Part shown: in pieces, positions 60,603-64,000 of the stretch
Layout of the letters: each line of letters begins with the position of its first letter
Position numbering within the stretch: position 1 is the first letter of the stretch
Source of the DNA: Spizellomyces punctatus DAOM BR117
Taxonomy: Eukaryota
Strand: one strand, 5' to 3'
DNA length: 64,000 nucleotides
Assembly (NCBI GenBank): GCA_000182565.2
Contig: KQ257451.1
Position numbers and translations under genes: made by a program
The notes under the pieces: model-generated
The model's database searches: none
Told to the model about the DNA's origin: nothing
Seen by the model: only the letters and a program-made list of their open reading frames with translations

Positions 60603-63600
60603 TTAACCTTGAATCATAGACTGCCCTTTGGGGTAAGTGATGACATATTTCCGAGTTGACATTATAAACAAGTACTCACCCATCGAGTTGGATGCATGTT
60701 AAGCCCCTCGATTGCCGGGTTCCAAGTAACAGGGAAGACTAGAAGGTACATTAGCTTCATACTCATGCAGCAAATATACAGGTACCGTCTTACAATGGCG
60801 AAGTAAAAGTTTTCTCACAGCGGAGTAAGCTACGATCAAGGCCCCGGATGCCATTCCAATAAGCCAGTAAATAGGCGACAGGTGGTAGCTTGTGCCAAAA
60901 CCAGCTGGAAGCGTAACATTAGCATGGTGTCCGTAAGGACACCCGAAATCAGGACTCACTGTTCAAAGGTGGAGCGTAGACAATGAAAGCCGTGAATGCA
61001 GATCCAGATAAAACAGAGAGGAAGGTATACCGATTTCTGTAGAAGTATCAGACTGGAATGCGCTACATCTCTAGTCGTTGAAGGGCAACTACTCACTTGA
61101 AAACGTAAATACCAAAGGGCATCCTGTATTTGAACTTGCAGGCAAACAGATTCCACATTTGATTGATCATGAGACAAAAGTAGAATGCCGATTGGCCCTG
61201 CGCTAGAGCATCAAGTTGATCATCCGCGTTCTACATCAAATTGTTTTTAGATGCGATTGGAGTGAGAAATTAGACGAACTTGCGAAAAATACTTACGAGT
61301 ACATGGCCTGACTGCGTGATATAGTCGGATGCTCCCGTTACAAAACCACCGTTATTTTGAAGGTTGTATGCATCGTACGGTGTCAATCTGAAGGGTTCGC
61401 CAGTGGCGGCGCTCTTGGCGTTATAAAGCACGACAAAGAAAGCCAAGATACATCCGCCAGTCTCCAAAATGGCAGCCTCAATATAAGCCCAGGATAGAAC
61501 ACCAGCATCAACCAGCACCTCGCCGTTGGCAGGCCTAGTCTTGCGTTTCCAGTAATACAATGTGAACGGGGCGCGTACAAATTTCGAAAGTTTCTCAAAG
61601 AAGCCCAGTTCTGAAAGGTCCTCACTAGAACCACCTCCATGCTGCAGATCCTCTGCTTGATACTGTCTGCGGCGAACGATCGACTCTTCCGTCACAGGTT
61701 GACGGGGCGGGAGTTTCATAAGGCCTTCTTTGGATTCAGGTGGCTCCCAGGCAAAACAGAGAGCAGCAAACAGTTCGAACCCGAGGTCTACGACGAGAAT
61801 TTGAAGGGTCGCTAACATAATGGGGAGCGGAACGACAGCATAGAGGAGAAAAGGTACAACTTCGGGGATGATATGCGTCAAGGTGTACTGGATACTCTTT
61901 TTTAGGTTGGCAAAAATCAATCGTCCTGGTATATGAAAAGTCAGGATATTATCACTAACTCATATGTGTGAGCTTAATTCATACCTTCGGCAATACCGCC
62001 TACGATGGAAGCAAAATTATCGTCCAACAGAATCATCGAAGCTGCTTCCTTTGAAACATCCGATCCAGAAATATTCATAGCAATCCCCAGATCAGCCTTC
62101 TTCAATGCTGGGGAATCGTTCACACCATCTCCGGTAACGCCAACAATGTGTCCCAGATTTTGGGCACGAGAAACGATTTCCAGCTTATGTTTCGGACTCG
62201 TTCGGGCAAAGATAATCTACCAAAATGTTGTGAATGGAAGCCCGTGGTATTGAGCAGGATGAACCAACTTACTTCCTCCTTCATAAGGATTTTGTCCCAA
62301 TCACTATCAGTTAAATCATCGATTGTTTCACCATGAATGACGATGGAAGAGTACTCGTGTTCTTGGATAGTCTCAATTGGACGACCAGTCTTTTTGGCCA
62401 AAGTTTCTTTCGTATGGCCCAACATTAGGTTAATCTTACGTCCGATAGCCTGGTTTGCATATATGAGAATGATTATAATGTTGCAAAAGATCGTTGGTCT
62501 AAAGTGGCAAACGATGTACCTCGGCTGTCAAAGGGTGATCACCAGTAACCATCATGACTTTTATACCGGCTTCTCGGCATCGACCAATGGCTTCGCGAAC
62601 ACCATGCTTGGGTGGGTCTTCCAAGCTGATAAGTCCCATAAAGCATAGATCTCGCTGTAAAGAGAATAGCGCATTAACCCTGATGGCAGCTGGTCCAGAG
62701 CAAAATTTCGTGATAACACTACCGTTGGATAATTCTCCTTCTCCTTTGAAAACTCTATATTTTCTGGATATTTTTCCGCAGGCATTTGTAATTGTGCAAA
62801 AGCCAGCACTCGACGTCCTTTGCCAGCCATCCACTGGTAGGTCTTTAAAAATGCCTGTTCATGCTCAGAGGTCAGCGGCACGTCTTTGCCGTTTACCAGA
62901 ATAACAGAGCACATCTTTAAAACTCTTTCGGGGGCTCCCTTTAGGTACAGCGTAAAGACACCGTTTGCATGTTGTTTCCGGTGGATGGTTAGAGCCCATT
63001 TATTGTCAGAATTGAACGGGACTTCAAAAACTTTGGGATACTTTGCGCTCAACTATTTGTCCATCAAATAAGTAGGAGGAAGGTGTTTGAAAAAATCAAA
63101 AGATAGTCCTTACTTGGTCAATGTCGCTCAATTGCTGTGCTGACCAACGCAAAAGACCACTTTCGGTCGCATCCCCATTGATGTTCCTGTGCCCCATGTA
63201 GCAATTAATGTCAAGATTCATGCATAACCAAAATGGCTTAGCATTCTTACCTCTCGGGAACCGGAACGTCGGCTCGGTCAAAGCGCGCCCTGTGGTATGA
63301 ATAGTGAGCAGCCATAGTAACATGCATGAAACAAGAGATTAACGATTCCTACCTAGTGCACATGGCAGAAAGATGTAGCATTTCATTGACCCCACTGATA
63401 GATTGATCAAAAGCGCCTTCTTCGGCCTCCAAATTGGTTGCATGTGGATCCGCTGAAAGGATTCGTAGACTTGTCCAAATGCTCGCGACTGTCATTCGAT
63501 TCTTTGTAAGTGTTCCGGTTTTGTCAGTGGCCAAAAGGGTTATTGCGCCCAAGGTTTCGACTCCACGAAGATCTTTCACCAAGACGTTACGTGCGGCCAT

Positions 63601-64000
63601 GCGCTTTGCAGCAATGGTCAATAGCATCGTCATTGTCGCCGGAAGTCCCTGCGGTACCCAAGCGGTGAGAACTCCAATTGCAAAGTTGAAGGCAGTGTTT
63701 ATCTTTTTGTCTTTGATCATGATTACAATAAAGAATATAAGGGCAGAAATGAAAGCTATCGTGGCGATGATGGAGACAAAGTCATCGATTTCGCGTGATA
63801 GCGGGCTGGGCCTCTTCTTTTCATTTTGCGTGAGTCCGGCAATCTGTCCTAGAACCGTTTTATCGCCAATCCGAATAACGACTCCATAACACTCTCCAGA
63901 TATAGCCAGAGTGCCGCTAAATGCCAGATTGGTTGCTTCGAGAGGGTTTTTATGGGTATTGTGAGCAGTACGTTCTTGCGGATCAGATTCGCCAGTTAGG
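60603..64000 (-). CDS. P2C-type (Na,K/H,K-ATPase alpha-like) cation pump; multi-exon, start beyond the window end, last exon uncertain
   Basis: [114 protein letters not shown]. Confidence 0.92.

Noticed and set aside
1-64000. CRISPR arrays, transposons, rRNA
   Set aside because: No repeat-spacer arrays, transposase/RT/integrase motifs, LTRs/TIRs or rRNA-like sequence seen by eye

Overview
Gene-dense eukaryotic DNA with short (about 55-110 nt) spliceosomal introns. It is most likely a flagellated, early-diverging fungus (chytrid-like). This is an inference from fungal-type housekeeping genes sitting alongside ciliary/centrosomal genes (kinesin-II, TBC1D31), a CHASE histidine kinase and a Na/K-ATPase-like pump. 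I can support about 20 protein-coding genes and 2 tRNAs. In order: TBC1D31 (5' truncated), CHASE-PAS hybrid histidine kinase, tRNA-Ser(AGA), BRR2, BMT6-like methyltransferase, tRNA-Glu(TTC), Sel1-repeat protein, long-chain acyl-CoA synthetase, arrestin-SH3 protein, Kin1/MARK-like kinase, an orphan kinesin, MAK5, MDM35, a phage-type Dam-like protein, KIF3, NAM9, PAB1, SET3-like, an SDR, a GH5 endoglycoceramidase-like enzyme, a PhoX-like phosphatase and a P2C-type ATPase (5' truncated). Most interesting: (1) a six-exon, apparently domesticated phage-type helical-domain/N6-adenine methyltransferase gene with NPPY changed to SPPL; (2) an unannotated ~200-nt highly base-paired element ending in T16 next to tRNA-Glu, a candidate ncRNA; (3) a bacterial-type PhoX gene with introns and two identical CACGTG-containing 12-mers in its promoter; (4) a P2C ATPase with a rewritten ion-binding pocket. 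All family calls come from motif recognition by eye and exon boundaries were inferred manually. No searches were run.
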